A stretch of DNA of 64,000 bases from a bacterium (lineage in GTDB: Bacteria; Electryoneota; Electryoneia; Electryoneales; Electryoneaceae). This document shows, piece after piece, positions 29,801 to 39,190 of this stretch (within the stretch, counting starts at the first letter, position 1; each line of letters begins with the position of its first letter). The stretch is taken from contig CAXXKJ010000002.1 in NCBI GenBank assembly GCA_963675295.2, positions 4,128,001 through 4,192,000 on the forward strand. The letters are read 5' to 3'. A program made the translations under genes and the position numbers. The notes below the pieces were generated by a model that searched no databases, was not told the DNA's origin, and was given only the letters and a program-made list of their open reading frames with translations.

Positions 29801-30334
29801 ATCTGGTGATGAATTAAAAATATTCTTAAGCATCTCACGACTTTTAATAATACTGTTTTCTTTTTCCACAAGAGCCGTGATATCATGCGCATAGGTGAGA
29901 ACGCTTTCAACATTACCGTTCTCATCTTTCAGCGGATATAGCTCCCACGACCATTGAGTGATTTGATTTTTAACCGGCATGGTAAATTCGCGGAGAATGG
30001 ATTTGCCGGTCTCGAAAACTTCGCGCAAACTGGTTTCGAAATAGTCTTTCAGGTGAGCGTGAAAAACCATGTCCTCATGACTGAGTCCAATGATATTCTG
30101 CAGCGGGCTGTGGGTATAACGGGCAAAGGCGGGACTGATGAACGTGAGACGCATGTTCTTATCGAACCGCATCATGACGTCCGTGGAATACTCAGCAAAA
30201 AGACGATAGTTTTCGACTTCCTGAGGCGTCAATTCCGCGTATGGCACATGCTTCGCTTTCAGCGTTTCAACTTCCTGCCGTAACGCGTCAAGCTCAGCAA
30301 TCAGCTGTTCTTTGGTCTTTTTGGCATCTTCCAT
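26858..30334 (-). CDS. Cytoplasmic hybrid sensor histidine kinase (about 6 PAS + HisKA + HATPase + REC)
   Basis: Repeated PAS/PAC units ending DIT/DVT; GGIAHDFNNLL, NLCINAQDAM, FDPFFTTK..GTGLGL; DLLLTDVVMP, QKPF. Visibly AT-rich. Confidence 0.93.
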   Translation of the reverse strand: MEDAKKTKEQLIAELDALRQEVETLKAKHVPYAELTPQEVENYRLFAEYSTDVMMRFDKNMRLTFISPAFARYTHSPLQNIIGLSHEDMVFHAHLKDYFETSLREVFETGKSILREFTMPVKNQITQWSWELYPLKDENGNVESVLTYAHDITALVEKENSIIKSREMLKNIFNSSPDAIVLMDANARVIDCNYMTLKLFRYDSIEEVRGVFSFHHFRREDLKYLRVYRRKLLRKNVLRNFYYKVIRKDGTLFDAEISVSLIRDADGNPNSIVGVIKDVTERVNALRDLQEREKQLRHIVDHSSNLFYAHDTNHQLTFITHQTRNFFDCDPEEAMILWTEFATDNPINEEGFKSTMRAIETGEQQPPYELELIGKKGRIVWVEVYETPVVSEEKTVDIVGALVDITERKEAQKKLVESEKRIRALSDASFESIVISENAVCIDQNLTAERMFGYTRDEAVGRKGSEWFIEQDRDRILKNMLNNAQGPYEAIGLRKDGSTFPCEIQARTMEYQGRKVRISALRDITSRKEAEDALRHSEEKYRILIENQTDLIVRVDPEGQFEFASPSYCDLFGKTEEELLGTRFIPFVHEADREPTKEAFARVFSPPYREYMEQRAKTVRGWRWLAWLDTAILDADKNVVSIIGVGRDITDRKMAEEALRDSEERYKGIFNNSPIGIFHYNRIGVIIDCNDRFVDIIGSTKDILVGMNMYERLNDQDMLEQIRISLVNGNGYYEGIYRSVTSNKTTPIRVHLQAIRNDNDEIISGIGMVEDVTEQKKLEEQLRQAQKIESIGHLAGGIAHDFNNLLTPIFGNTEMILQSMQKDDRDYVELEEILDTAERARDLVKQLLAFGRKQVLQLKMVDLTKLIKEFTPILRRTIREDIEMNFVMSEAELVLSIDKVQMEQVLMNLCINAQDAMPQGGQITITTEEAFISDMIQNRGLKAGKYAKIIVSDNGIGIEKRILTKIFDPFFTTKELGRGTGLGLSTVHGIVKQHHGDIQVMSKPNRGTKFIIMLPITVHPERIAKEENQKKLSYNGTETIFVIEDEPSVKRMAVKILTKRGYNVYSAENPDEASFMLENIHDKIDLLLTDVVMPKTNGIHFYNQVRSRYPNLKALFMSGYPSDVVRKQGIDETKFKFLQKPFTIETLLKHVRDALDSV

Positions 30335-30432
30335 TACGTTCCCGGAAGTTCGGTGGAATGTCGCAAAATATCACATTTAAATCCCAAATATAGCACAGGA
30401 GAGTATAAGGTTATCAAGCTTGATTGTACAAC

Positions 30433-31044
30433 TCACAAAGTGTCAACCCCTTGTAACCAGTACCGTTGCGTGCTTCTTTCGGCGTAGCCAGTGGCAACGC
30501 GTACAATTCCGACGCTCTCAAACAAACCGCCGATCAGGGAGTTGACCGGCGGCTTGATGTTCTGCGCGACGGCGTACGCGTAGTCGCTGATGTCGGACGC
30601 TACCCGCACCTGAATCCGGTCTGTGATCATGAAGTCGGCCTCCGGCCGTCCGTCGCTGCCGCCGTTGTCTTCCGGCGAGTCATAGTAGTCGCCGAGCATC
30701 ATGTAGGCGGCATGTAGTTCGAGATCCATGAACACGCGCAAGGTGTAGCGCAGGTTGAGGTTGACCTCGGTGAAGATGTCGTTCACCTACACCGGCGCGA
30801 CGTACTTGAACGACTGTCCGAGCAGGATCGAACCCGGACCGGGCAGGCGTGTGCCGAGAATCGCCGAGATGAATGAGGCGGATATCATATCATGCGCGAC
30901 CCGTCGGCCGAAGATGGACTTCATCGCGGCTTCGTCGTCGAGATGGATCGGATTCAGATCGTCGACGGCGACCGCGAAGTTGCGGATGCGCTGATCATCG
31001 ACCACGGCGGTCAACTGCGCGCTGTCACCCACGTTCCATTTCAT
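30433..31044 (-). pseudogene. Truncated MaoC-like dehydratase followed in frame by unrelated gene fragments
   Basis: DLNPIHLD...GRRVAH.MISAS.ISAILGTRLPGPGSI is MaoC-like; TAG stop after VAPV; the downstream frame does not continue MaoC. Confidence 0.7.
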
Positions 31045-31129
31045 CTCAACCTCTGTTCAAACGGAGTGTCATGCTCACTCCATCGTCTGTCTCAATCCGA
31101 AGATTCTGCGGGAAACGTTCATTCTGAAC

Positions 31130-32069
31130 CTGCGCTGTCCGGTTTATCCTGACGGAGGGATCGGTTGTTGTTTATGGTTTGTTTTTGTTCGTCGTTTGGT
31201 TCTTTGAAAGTCTTACCGCACAAGGGCTATCGGCATTTTTGCATGAATCTGTGTTGCCAGCGCAGTGAGTAGATGCTGGGTGGAGATGGCTCGTCCTGCC
31301 TGCTGTTGCAGGACGCGTATCAGCAGATACGCGAACATGGCGATTCAGATCTGCGTGAGTACGGTGTTTTGATCGGTCCCGAAGAAGGTCTTGATCCTCA
31401 GGTGTTGCTTGATCCACTTGAAGAAGAGTACGATCTGCCATCGTTGACGGTAGAGGTCGACGATGATCATGGGATCATGGTCGAGCAGGGTGTGCAGCCG
31501 CACCGCCCCTTTCCGGGCCCGGAAATGCGCCGAGAGAAAGAGGCTGATGGGCACGGAAATCGAGGTCACATCCAGCGAAAACAGCTTACCCGGCAGATCG
31601 AATTCGTGTTTCGAAAGCAAACGGTCGTAGATGGGTAGCGGCTGAAAAAACAGATCCTGGTAATACGTCCAATGGACGTGTCGATTGGCGTCGGCCAGGG
31701 TGGAGCGTCGCGCGGGCTGCACACCCTGTCGCTGCAGGGCAGCCAGACGGGTGGCGTGCTCGTTTTTCCGTAGCGGCATCAGCCCCTGCAATTGGGCCAG
31801 CAGCAACGCAGAAAACTGAGCATGGGCCGTAAAGGTGCAGCCCCCCTTGTATGCCTGATGCTTGGTGGCGAGACTATCAAAGAGCGCCTTCGGAACCATC
31901 CGATTCACCTGGCTGAAAACCGTCGTATGTTGTGCCATGGCTTAATCCTCCGGTCGTGGCTGAGAAAACGTCGGCAAACGCTATCTCAACGCACGGCTTG
32001 ATGGATTCAAGCCATTATTATTTCAAGAGCTCTATGGCTCGATAGCAAATCACGAGCCGGACAGAAGAG
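31130..32069 (-). mobile_element. Decayed IS4-family (DUF4372-type) insertion sequence
   Basis: Imperfect terminal IRs CTGCGCTGTCCGG (31130) and CCGGACAGAAGAG (32057); degenerate flanking duplication ATTCTGAAC / ATCCTGAAT. Confidence 0.7.
31172..31938 (-). pseudogene. IS4-family transposase remnant with internal deletion and premature stop
   Basis: TTVFSQ...RSTLADAN...LHTLLD joined directly to LYRQRWQIVLFFKWIKQHLRIKTFFGT; stop at TQI* followed by IAMFAYLL. The 3' end is approximate. Confidence 0.85.
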
Positions 32070-32123
32070 ATCCTGAATGTAGTGAAGGATCTGGATTCCA
32101 TATGATTCGCGCGTGAATGTTAC

Positions 32124-32214
32124 GTCATTCTGAACGAAGTGAAAAAGATCAGGCTATATTGACCGTTATCAAGGCTGGAAATTCTTCATTCCACTTCGTT
32201 CCATTCAGAATGAC
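32124..32214. repeat. REP/MITE-like palindromic element
   Basis: Perfect 11-bp inverted ends GTCATTCTGAA...TTCAGAATGAC; related pieces at 32070-32092, 31118-31129 and 7570-7606. Confidence 0.7.
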
Positions 32215-32235
32215 ACCCTTGGACCTTACATCTAT

Positions 32236-32275
32236 TACCGACTACCGACCACCGACCACCATTTACCGGCCACCT
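32236..32275. repeat. Degenerate heptamer array (ACCGACC-like)
   Basis: ACCGACT ACCGACC ACCGACC ACCATTT ACCGGCC; reverse-complement family of the array at ~22790. Confidence 0.65.
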
Positions 32276-32286
32276 TCCTCCCCGCC

Positions 32287-34659
32287 TCACTCCGTCCGGA
32301 TGACGGTAATCGGGTTGACGGACGACGCGCGCCACGCCAGCGCGCCGGTTACCAGCAGCACGGCGGCGACGGTCACCGCGACAGCCAGCGGCAGCATCCA
32401 CCACGCCATCGGCGCGTGCAGCACGAACCGCGACGCCCACATCGGCTCCAGCTTCAGCGAGATCAGCCAGCTGACGACATTCGCGATCAGCACCAGCACC
32501 AGGAATTCACGCAGCACGAGCACGAGGATATTCCCCTGGCTCGCACCGAGCACCTTGCGCACGCCGATTTCGAACTTGCGTTGTTCGGCGACAAACGCCG
32601 CCAATCCGAGCAGACCAAGGCACGACACCAGCAGCGCCAAGATGCCGAACAGGGTCAGCATCCGCGCGTTGCGTTCCTCGGACTGGTACCACTGCCCGAC
32701 ACGTTCGTCGAGGAAGCGGTATTCGTAGGGACGATCAGGGATGTGTGTCTTCCAGATCTCGCCCAGCCGTTCGAGGGTGGCGGGGATGTCGTCACTCTTG
32801 ATCCGCACACTCATCTTCGCCCCGCGCGGCGGATAGTAGATCATGAACTGCGGTTCGACCGGTGAGTGCAGCGACTGGAAGTGGTAGTTCTCGACGACGC
32901 CGAGCACCGGGAATTCGCGTCCGCTCTGCCCCTTGATCACCTTCCCGGACCAGTCGTCCCAGCCGAAACCATCAATCGCGGCTTCGTTGATCAGACAGCC
33001 GTACAGGTCACCCGGGCGTGCCGGGTCGAAGTTGCGTCCATGAATCAGGTTCAGGCCGTACGTTTCGACGTACTTATCGCAGATGATATTCTTGTGCACC
33101 GTGATCGGGTTGCCGTTCCAGCCGGTGGGGATGACGTTATCCTCCGCCGTGCTCACTCCCGGCACCACCTCGGACATCGCCGCCGCGATCACGCCGGGAT
33201 CCTGCATCACTTCGTCCCGCATCGCCATGAAGTCACCGCCAGTGATTTCGGCGGACACCGGCAGGATAACGACCTGGTCCACGTTGAACCCGAGCGGCTG
33301 TTTTTTCAGGTAGTCGACCTGGTGATAGACCACTCCGACGAGTAACAGCAGCAGGATCGACATCACAAATTGCAGCAGTACCAGCCCGCGCCGCAGGTTG
33401 CGCGCGCCGCCACCGGATTTTAGTTGGCCGGACAGCACCCGCACCGGCGGGAACGCCGCGATCACCAGCGACGGGTACAACCCCGCGATCAGGCCGGTGA
33501 GTGTTGTGAACCCGATCAGTGCGAACAGCGGCCAGTCGAAGCTGTGGAAGATGTTGATCAATGGGCGTTGGAACAGGGTGCGGATCATCGGAAGCGTCAG
33601 CTCGACCAGCAGCAACGCCAGCGGTAACGCAATCAACGCGATCAGCAGCGAATCGAGAATCGCCTGCCCGAACAGGCTGGAGCGTGTCGCGCCGACGATC
33701 TTGCGGATTCCGGTTTCCCGTGACCGCAGCATCGACCGTGCGGTAGACAGGTTGACGAAATTGATCAGCGCAAGCAGGATTGTGCCGATGCCAATCGCGA
33801 GGAACAGCCACACGTTGCTCATGCTCGACTTGTAGGCGGCAAAATCGGCGATGATGCCGGTCGAGCGCAGATGAAAATCGGCCATCGGCTGCAGGTAAGC
33901 CGAGATCCCGGCCTGTTCCGGCAGCAATTCCTGGATCAACGGGGTGACCCGATCGGTCAACGTCGCCGGATCGACGCCGGGCGTGAGCAGCACATAGGTC
34001 ACCGTCGCGGTGTACCAGTGATTGAGCCAGTCCCAGTGATCATCCCGACTGAAGATTTCGTAGGGGACGATCACATCGAGCGTCATGTGCCCGGTTTCCG
34101 GCATGTCGGCGAACACGCCGGCGACGGTCAGCACCCGTTCGCCCTCAAACGTCAACGCCTGCCCGAGCGCCGGTTCGTCCCCGAAGAACAGGTCTGCCAC
34201 ATGCCTGCTGATCACCATCTGGTCGGGTGACTGTAGCGCGGTCGCGGGATCGCCTTCGAGGAAATCGAAGGTGAGTACGTTCAGCAGGGACGGGTCCGCG
34301 GCGATCATCGCGTCGATCTGGTGGCGTTCATCCTCGCGGCTCACCACCCAGTTGAACATCGCCATCAGCCGGGCGGCGTCGACCACCTCCGGGAACTGTT
34401 CCTTCATCGCCGGGCCGAGGGTCGCGACGGCGTATGGCAGACTCTGTTCGTCACCGTTTCCGCCGGGCCGGGTGGTCACCACGCGATGAATCTGCGTGTA
34501 GTTCTCATGATGCCGGTCGAAGGTGAATTCTTCGTTCAGGTACAATCCGATGGCCGCCACCACGGCCAGCGCGAGGGTAAAGCCGAGCACCTGGATCAGT
34601 GTGAACGCCCACTGCCGCCGCAGACGGCGGAAGGCTTGACGCAGCGCGACCGCGAACAT
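32287..34659 (-). CDS. ABC transporter permease, duplicated MacB-PCD/FtsX type
   Basis: INFVNLSTARS..R.RETGIRKIVGA, QFVMSI, SCLGLLGLAAF..EQR..EIGVRKVLGAS; ATG 34659 with GGGGAG RBS. Confidence 0.92.
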   Translation of the reverse strand: MFAVALRQAFRRLRRQWAFTLIQVLGFTLALAVVAAIGLYLNEEFTFDRHHENYTQIHRVVTTRPGGNGDEQSLPYAVATLGPAMKEQFPEVVDAARLMAMFNWVVSREDERHQIDAMIAADPSLLNVLTFDFLEGDPATALQSPDQMVISRHVADLFFGDEPALGQALTFEGERVLTVAGVFADMPETGHMTLDVIVPYEIFSRDDHWDWLNHWYTATVTYVLLTPGVDPATLTDRVTPLIQELLPEQAGISAYLQPMADFHLRSTGIIADFAAYKSSMSNVWLFLAIGIGTILLALINFVNLSTARSMLRSRETGIRKIVGATRSSLFGQAILDSLLIALIALPLALLLVELTLPMIRTLFQRPLINIFHSFDWPLFALIGFTTLTGLIAGLYPSLVIAAFPPVRVLSGQLKSGGGARNLRRGLVLLQFVMSILLLLLVGVVYHQVDYLKKQPLGFNVDQVVILPVSAEITGGDFMAMRDEVMQDPGVIAAAMSEVVPGVSTAEDNVIPTGWNGNPITVHKNIICDKYVETYGLNLIHGRNFDPARPGDLYGCLINEAAIDGFGWDDWSGKVIKGQSGREFPVLGVVENYHFQSLHSPVEPQFMIYYPPRGAKMSVRIKSDDIPATLERLGEIWKTHIPDRPYEYRFLDERVGQWYQSEERNARMLTLFGILALLVSCLGLLGLAAFVAEQRKFEIGVRKVLGASQGNILVLVLREFLVLVLIANVVSWLISLKLEPMWASRFVLHAPMAWWMLPLAVAVTVAAVLLVTGALAWRASSVNPITVIRTE

Positions 34660-34798
34660 GAAATCTCCCCCAGAGATGCAGTGAGGTGGTTGATGGAATG
34701 ACCACCCTTGTCGTCGTGTCGCCCTTGAGACTTCGGGGTTTGGAGCCGCGTTACACAGGTCTCGCTCTGTCCGGTCAGACACCGGGAATCGTCGGTTC

Positions 34799-34829
34799 AT
34801 CCCTGCTGGCGGAGCCATCAGGGGCACAT
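34799..34829 (+). repeat. 31-bp hairpin repeat, copy 1
   Basis: ATCCCTGCTGGCGGAGCCATCAGGGGCACAT; 30/31 identical to 44359-44389. Confidence 0.85.
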
Positions 34830-34943
34830 ACTTGCCGTGGTAAACGAGAACCGTTGCTGACAGTCATTCCCGGCTTGGAATGCACACGCAGCCTGCCTAG
34901 CTTGTAACAGCCCTTCACCTGGATCCCATGGATTGGAACCTGA

Positions 34944-36152
34944 ATGGATATTCAAATCGATGAGATTTTCAGCCTGGGTCTCGCCATCCTGATGGGGATA
35001 CTGGCCGGGAAATTCGCCTATCGGTTCAAGGTTCCGCGTGTCACCGGCTATCTCCTGATGGGCCTGTTGATCGGGCCTCATTTCACCAATCTCATTCCCG
35101 AGCATGTTGTCCACAACCTGGATGTGATCAACGACATCGCCCTCGGACTGATCCTGTTTGCCATCGGCAACGAATTCGAGTGGTCGCATCTCAACCGGAT
35201 CGGCATCGCCAAATTGTTGCAGCTGGCGTTGTTTGAAACGCTGGGTGTGCTGGTCTTTGTCAGTGGCGGCTTCATGCTGCTCGGCTATGATCCGGTGATC
35301 AGCCTGCTGGTCGGATCAATCGCCATTGCGACTGCACCCGCCGCGACGCTGCTGGTGGTCCGTGAATTTCACTCGCAGGGGCCATTAACCGACCGTCTGC
35401 TCGCGCTGGTCGCGGTGAACAACATCCTCGCGATGGGCCTGTTCCGCATCATCTACAGCTTCGTGCATCTCGGCAACGGCGCGGACTTGACCGCAACCAT
35501 CCTGCAACCGGTGTATGAAATCGTCGTCTCAATTGTCCTCGGCATCATCTTGGGCAAGATTCTCGGATTCTGGGAACGTCACCTGGATGAACTTCCGGAA
35601 CTGTTGCTGGTGATCATCGGGGTGGTGCTGGTCGGCACCGGCCTCGCGCGGATGCTGCAGCTCCCGCCGATGATGGTCGCAATGGCGGCCGGGGCGACCA
35701 TCGCCAATTCGTCCTACGTTCACCGTTTGATCTACGTCGAGCAACGCCAGCTCGAGCAGCCGATCTACATCGCGTTCTTCGTGTTGGCGGGGTTGTCGTT
35801 GCACGTGGAAATGCTCTTGCAAATGGGCTTTGCGGGGATCGTCTACCTCTTGGCCCGCACCGCCGGAAAGATCGGCGGTATCTGGTTGGCGGGACGTGTC
35901 ACCTCGCAGCCAGTTGAGGTATCCAAATTCCTCGGGATGACGTTGTTGTGCCAGGCAGGGGTCGCCATCGGGTTATCGTATGAAATCATCGCGGACTACC
36001 CGGAGATCGGCCAGATGATTACGACGATTGTGCTGGCGACGGTCATCCTCAACGAAACCGTCGGGCCGTATCTCGTCAAGCTTGGCTTGAGTATGGCCAA
36101 TGAGGTACCGGAGGACATCAGCGCACAACCGGCAGAAGTTCGCTCGTCATGA
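34944..36152 (+). CDS. Cation:proton antiporter (CPA2/Kef-like)
   Basis: PRVTGYLLMGLLIGP, ALGLILFAIGNEF, ATAPAATL, FFVLAG, QAGVAIGL. Confidence 0.9.
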   Translation: MDIQIDEIFSLGLAILMGILAGKFAYRFKVPRVTGYLLMGLLIGPHFTNLIPEHVVHNLDVINDIALGLILFAIGNEFEWSHLNRIGIAKLLQLALFETLGVLVFVSGGFMLLGYDPVISLLVGSIAIATAPAATLLVVREFHSQGPLTDRLLALVAVNNILAMGLFRIIYSFVHLGNGADLTATILQPVYEIVVSIVLGIILGKILGFWERHLDELPELLLVIIGVVLVGTGLARMLQLPPMMVAMAAGATIANSSYVHRLIYVEQRQLEQPIYIAFFVLAGLSLHVEMLLQMGFAGIVYLLARTAGKIGGIWLAGRVTSQPVEVSKFLGMTLLCQAGVAIGLSYEIIADYPEIGQMITTIVLATVILNETVGPYLVKLGLSMANEVPEDISAQPAEVRSS

Positions 36153-36175
36153 ACGAAGGTTAACCGGAGACTGGT

Positions 36176-36751
36176 GTGGCACCATCCACCCCGAATCCAC
36201 TGTTGATGGGAATCGCCATCGGTGTCGCTGTCCTGCTGATGGTGGTGATGACATTGCTGTCGCGAGCGCGACGGAACCGCTCGAGCTTCAGCTACCTCAC
36301 GGCTGCAATGCTCGGCGGGATTGACATTCTGACGTTGCGCAGTCGCACGCGGGACGATGCCATCGCCGAACTCGCCAGCCACGCCGCCGGAGTGTTGCGT
36401 TGGCCGGACGAAGATACCATACGGCGACGGCTGCGGAAACGGGAAGACGAAATGTCGACGGGTCTGGTCCACGGGATCGCGGTTCCACATGCCCGGTTCG
36501 TCAAGCTGGGACGGTCGCTGGTGATGTTCGCGCGGTCGGTGCACGGCATTGACTGGGACTGCATGGATGGTCAACCAGCGCACACCTTCTTCCTGCTGCT
36601 GACGCCGGAGGAAGATGAAAAAGCGCAGTTGAAGATGCTCGCCGAGCTGAGTTACTGCGCCGAAGATAAAGACTGCCGCGCGGTATTCGAGTCCGCCACC
36701 GAGTGCAAGGAAGTGATCGCCGCGATCCTCAAGGTGGTGAAATCCAGGTAA
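36176..36751 (+). CDS. PTS EIIA (Fru/Ntr-type) domain protein with an N-terminal TM helix
   Basis: KREDEMSTGLVHGIAVPHAR (phospho-His motif); GIDWDCMDGQP; hydrophobic N-terminus. Confidence 0.85.
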   Translation: MAPSTPNPLLMGIAIGVAVLLMVVMTLLSRARRNRSSFSYLTAAMLGGIDILTLRSRTRDDAIAELASHAAGVLRWPDEDTIRRRLRKREDEMSTGLVHGIAVPHARFVKLGRSLVMFARSVHGIDWDCMDGQPAHTFFLLLTPEEDEKAQLKMLAELSYCAEDKDCRAVFESATECKEVIAAILKVVKSR

Positions 36752-36869
36752 CCGGCTGCTCTGCCTCCGTCCCGCCTCGTAGAATCTGAACCCTCCGCTC
36801 TCCGGTTTGTGCCAACCCCATGAAACTTGTCTACTTTCCCCCATTCACAACACAATCTGGGGTCTACCG

Positions 36870-37835
36870 ATGGTGCTCACCCGTCATCCCGACAATCCGA
36901 TCATCACCCGTGAATCGATAACCTCCACCCTGCCTGAGCTGGACGATGTCAGCTCGGTGTTCAACCCCGGCGCGGTGCTGGTCGACGGCAAGGTGCACCT
37001 GCTGCTGCGGGTGCAGAACCGTGGTCGCGAAACGTACCTGCTGCACGCGGTCAGTGATGATGGCGTCCAGTTCGACATTGACCCGGAACCGGTGGTGTTC
37101 AAAGGCATCGAGGAGATTGCCTCACCGGTGTATCACATCTACGACCCACGCATCACCGAATTGGACGGCCGCTACTACATCATGCTCGCGCTGGACATCC
37201 ACAACGGCTGCCGGCTCGGGCTGGCAGTGACCGATGATTTCCGTGAGTACGAATTCCTCGGCATCAAATCGCACATCGACAACCGGAACGGTGTCCTTTT
37301 CCCGGAACGGATCAACGGGCAGGTGTTCCGGCTTGACCGTCCCAACCACCCGACGGCGGACGGTCCCGCCTCCGGCGAGATGATCTGGCTGGTCTCCAGC
37401 CGTGACTTTACCCGCTGGATTCCGCACAGCCCGGTGCTGCAGGGACGTCCTCACTACTGGGACGAGCGTATCGGCTCGGGCCCGCCGCCGGTGAAGACCC
37501 GTGACGGCTGGCTGTTGATTTATCACGGCGTCGCGACCCATTTCTCCAGGTCGAACATTTATCAGGCCGGCGTGGCGTTGCTGGATCTGGAGGATCCGTG
37601 CAAACTGATCGGACGCACCCGCTACAATATCCTTGAACCGCGTGAGATGTACGAGCTGATCGGCCAGGTGCCGAATGTCGTTTTCCCCAGCGGGATGGTG
37701 GTCTGGGACACGGATGATGACGGGTACGCCCTGCCGGACAGCCGGGTGTCGATCTACTACGGCGCGGCGGACACGGTGGTGGGCCTCGCCGAAACGACGA
37801 TTGGCGAGCTGGTAAACGCCTGCAATGAAGCATAG
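36870..37835 (+). CDS. GH130 beta-mannoside phosphorylase/hydrolase
   Basis: SVFNPGAV, YDPRIT, NRNGVLFPE, IGSGPPP, WLLIYHGV, GQVPNVVFPSG, YYGAADT; no signal peptide. Confidence 0.9.
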   Translation: MVLTRHPDNPIITRESITSTLPELDDVSSVFNPGAVLVDGKVHLLLRVQNRGRETYLLHAVSDDGVQFDIDPEPVVFKGIEEIASPVYHIYDPRITELDGRYYIMLALDIHNGCRLGLAVTDDFREYEFLGIKSHIDNRNGVLFPERINGQVFRLDRPNHPTADGPASGEMIWLVSSRDFTRWIPHSPVLQGRPHYWDERIGSGPPPVKTRDGWLLIYHGVATHFSRSNIYQAGVALLDLEDPCKLIGRTRYNILEPREMYELIGQVPNVVFPSGMVVWDTDDDGYALPDSRVSIYYGAADTVVGLAETTIGELVNACNEA

Positions 37836-37932
37836 CCCGGATCGGGTTGCTACCCTCTGCCCCGTAGCTTGCCCGTTTTGGCTCTGACAACGCGGCCTGA
37901 TGGATACGGACACCTTTGGAGAGGTTACTGAA

Positions 37933-39165
37933 ATGAAGCGAGATCTCACGGTTTCATGTACCCTGCTTCTGTTCTCCCTTCTCTTCGTGTGCAACGCATC
38001 CGCCGAGTTTCCCGTCCCGCAAATCCCGTTCGAATTCCGCACTGCAACCGCCCCATCCGTGATCGATTCGCTCACCATTGACGGCCGTGGCGACGAACAG
38101 ACATGGCAGACCATCGCCTGGTCTGAGCCGTTTGTTGATATCCGTGGCTTCGACTACCAGCCCGCCCCGCGCTATGAGACCCGGATCAAGATGGCGTGCG
38201 ATGAGGACTACTTCTACGTGCTGGCGTGGCTGGAAGAACCGCATCTCTGGGCGACCTACGACCGGCACGACATGGTCATCTTCCACGAGAACGATTTCGA
38301 GGTGTTCATCGACCCGGACGGCGACCTGCACAATTACCTCGAACTCGAGATCAACGCGCTGGGGACAACGTGGGACCTGATGCTCACTCGTCCGTACCGT
38401 GACGCCGGCAAGGCTATCGACTCGTGGGAGATTCCCGGCCTGAAGTCCGCGATCCATCTCGACGGCACGTTGAACGATCCCACCGACACCGACACGGGCT
38501 GGGGCGTGGAGCTGGCGATTCCGTGGGAGGTAATCACCGAAGTCGACACCCGGGAACGGGGTCCTCACCAGACACATTCTCCGACCATGCACGTCAACTT
38601 CAGCCGCGTGCAGTGGCAGCTCGACATCGTAGACGGACAGTATGTCAAACGCTCCAATCCAGATACCGGCGAACCGTTACCCGAAGACAACTGGGTGTGG
38701 TCGGCGCAGGGCCTGATCGCGATGCATTACCCGGAACGGTGGGGTCTGGTCACCATGCGTGGCGGGCATCGCCGGGCCAGCCCACCGGATATGGGTGAGC
38801 AGGCTGTTACCAGCATCGAAGATCCGCTCGCCGATCCGAGGTTACAGGGGAAGACACCAGGCGTGCAGACTGATCCCCTGCGCGAGATGGCGATGCTTTG
38901 CTACTACGCGCAGAAGCGGTATTACGAAGCGAACCAGCGAGTTTACGCGAGTAAGATCGTGTCGCTGGACCTGCCGGACGAATCGCCATATCCAACCATC
39001 GAATGGCCGCCGGATCTGGTCTGGATGCGTGGCGGGTACCAGATGATTGTGTACGATGCAGAGCGCCGCAGCGGCCTGCGGATCCGTGAGGATGGCCGTC
39101 TTGAGATGATGCCGTATCATTCGACCGACTACCTGAAACCATCCCAGGGAGCGCCAACACGATGA
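37933..39165 (+). CDS. Exported CBM9-like carbohydrate-binding protein
   Basis: Signal peptide; IDGRGDE..W, NDFEVFIDPDG, YLELEINALGT.WDL, W.VELAIPW, DNWVWS.QG.I.MH.PERWG. Confidence 0.8.
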   Translation: MKRDLTVSCTLLLFSLLFVCNASAEFPVPQIPFEFRTATAPSVIDSLTIDGRGDEQTWQTIAWSEPFVDIRGFDYQPAPRYETRIKMACDEDYFYVLAWLEEPHLWATYDRHDMVIFHENDFEVFIDPDGDLHNYLELEINALGTTWDLMLTRPYRDAGKAIDSWEIPGLKSAIHLDGTLNDPTDTDTGWGVELAIPWEVITEVDTRERGPHQTHSPTMHVNFSRVQWQLDIVDGQYVKRSNPDTGEPLPEDNWVWSAQGLIAMHYPERWGLVTMRGGHRRASPPDMGEQAVTSIEDPLADPRLQGKTPGVQTDPLREMAMLCYYAQKRYYEANQRVYASKIVSLDLPDESPYPTIEWPPDLVWMRGGYQMIVYDAERRSGLRIREDGRLEMMPYHSTDYLKPSQGAPTR

Positions 39166-39190
39166 CCGCGACGAGCAACGGCGGCGGACG

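Noticed and set aside
30787-30789. Pyrrolysine or stop-codon readthrough at the MaoC TAG
   Set aside because: The downstream frame does not complete a MaoC fold, TAG is used as a normal stop elsewhere, and no pyl genes are present.
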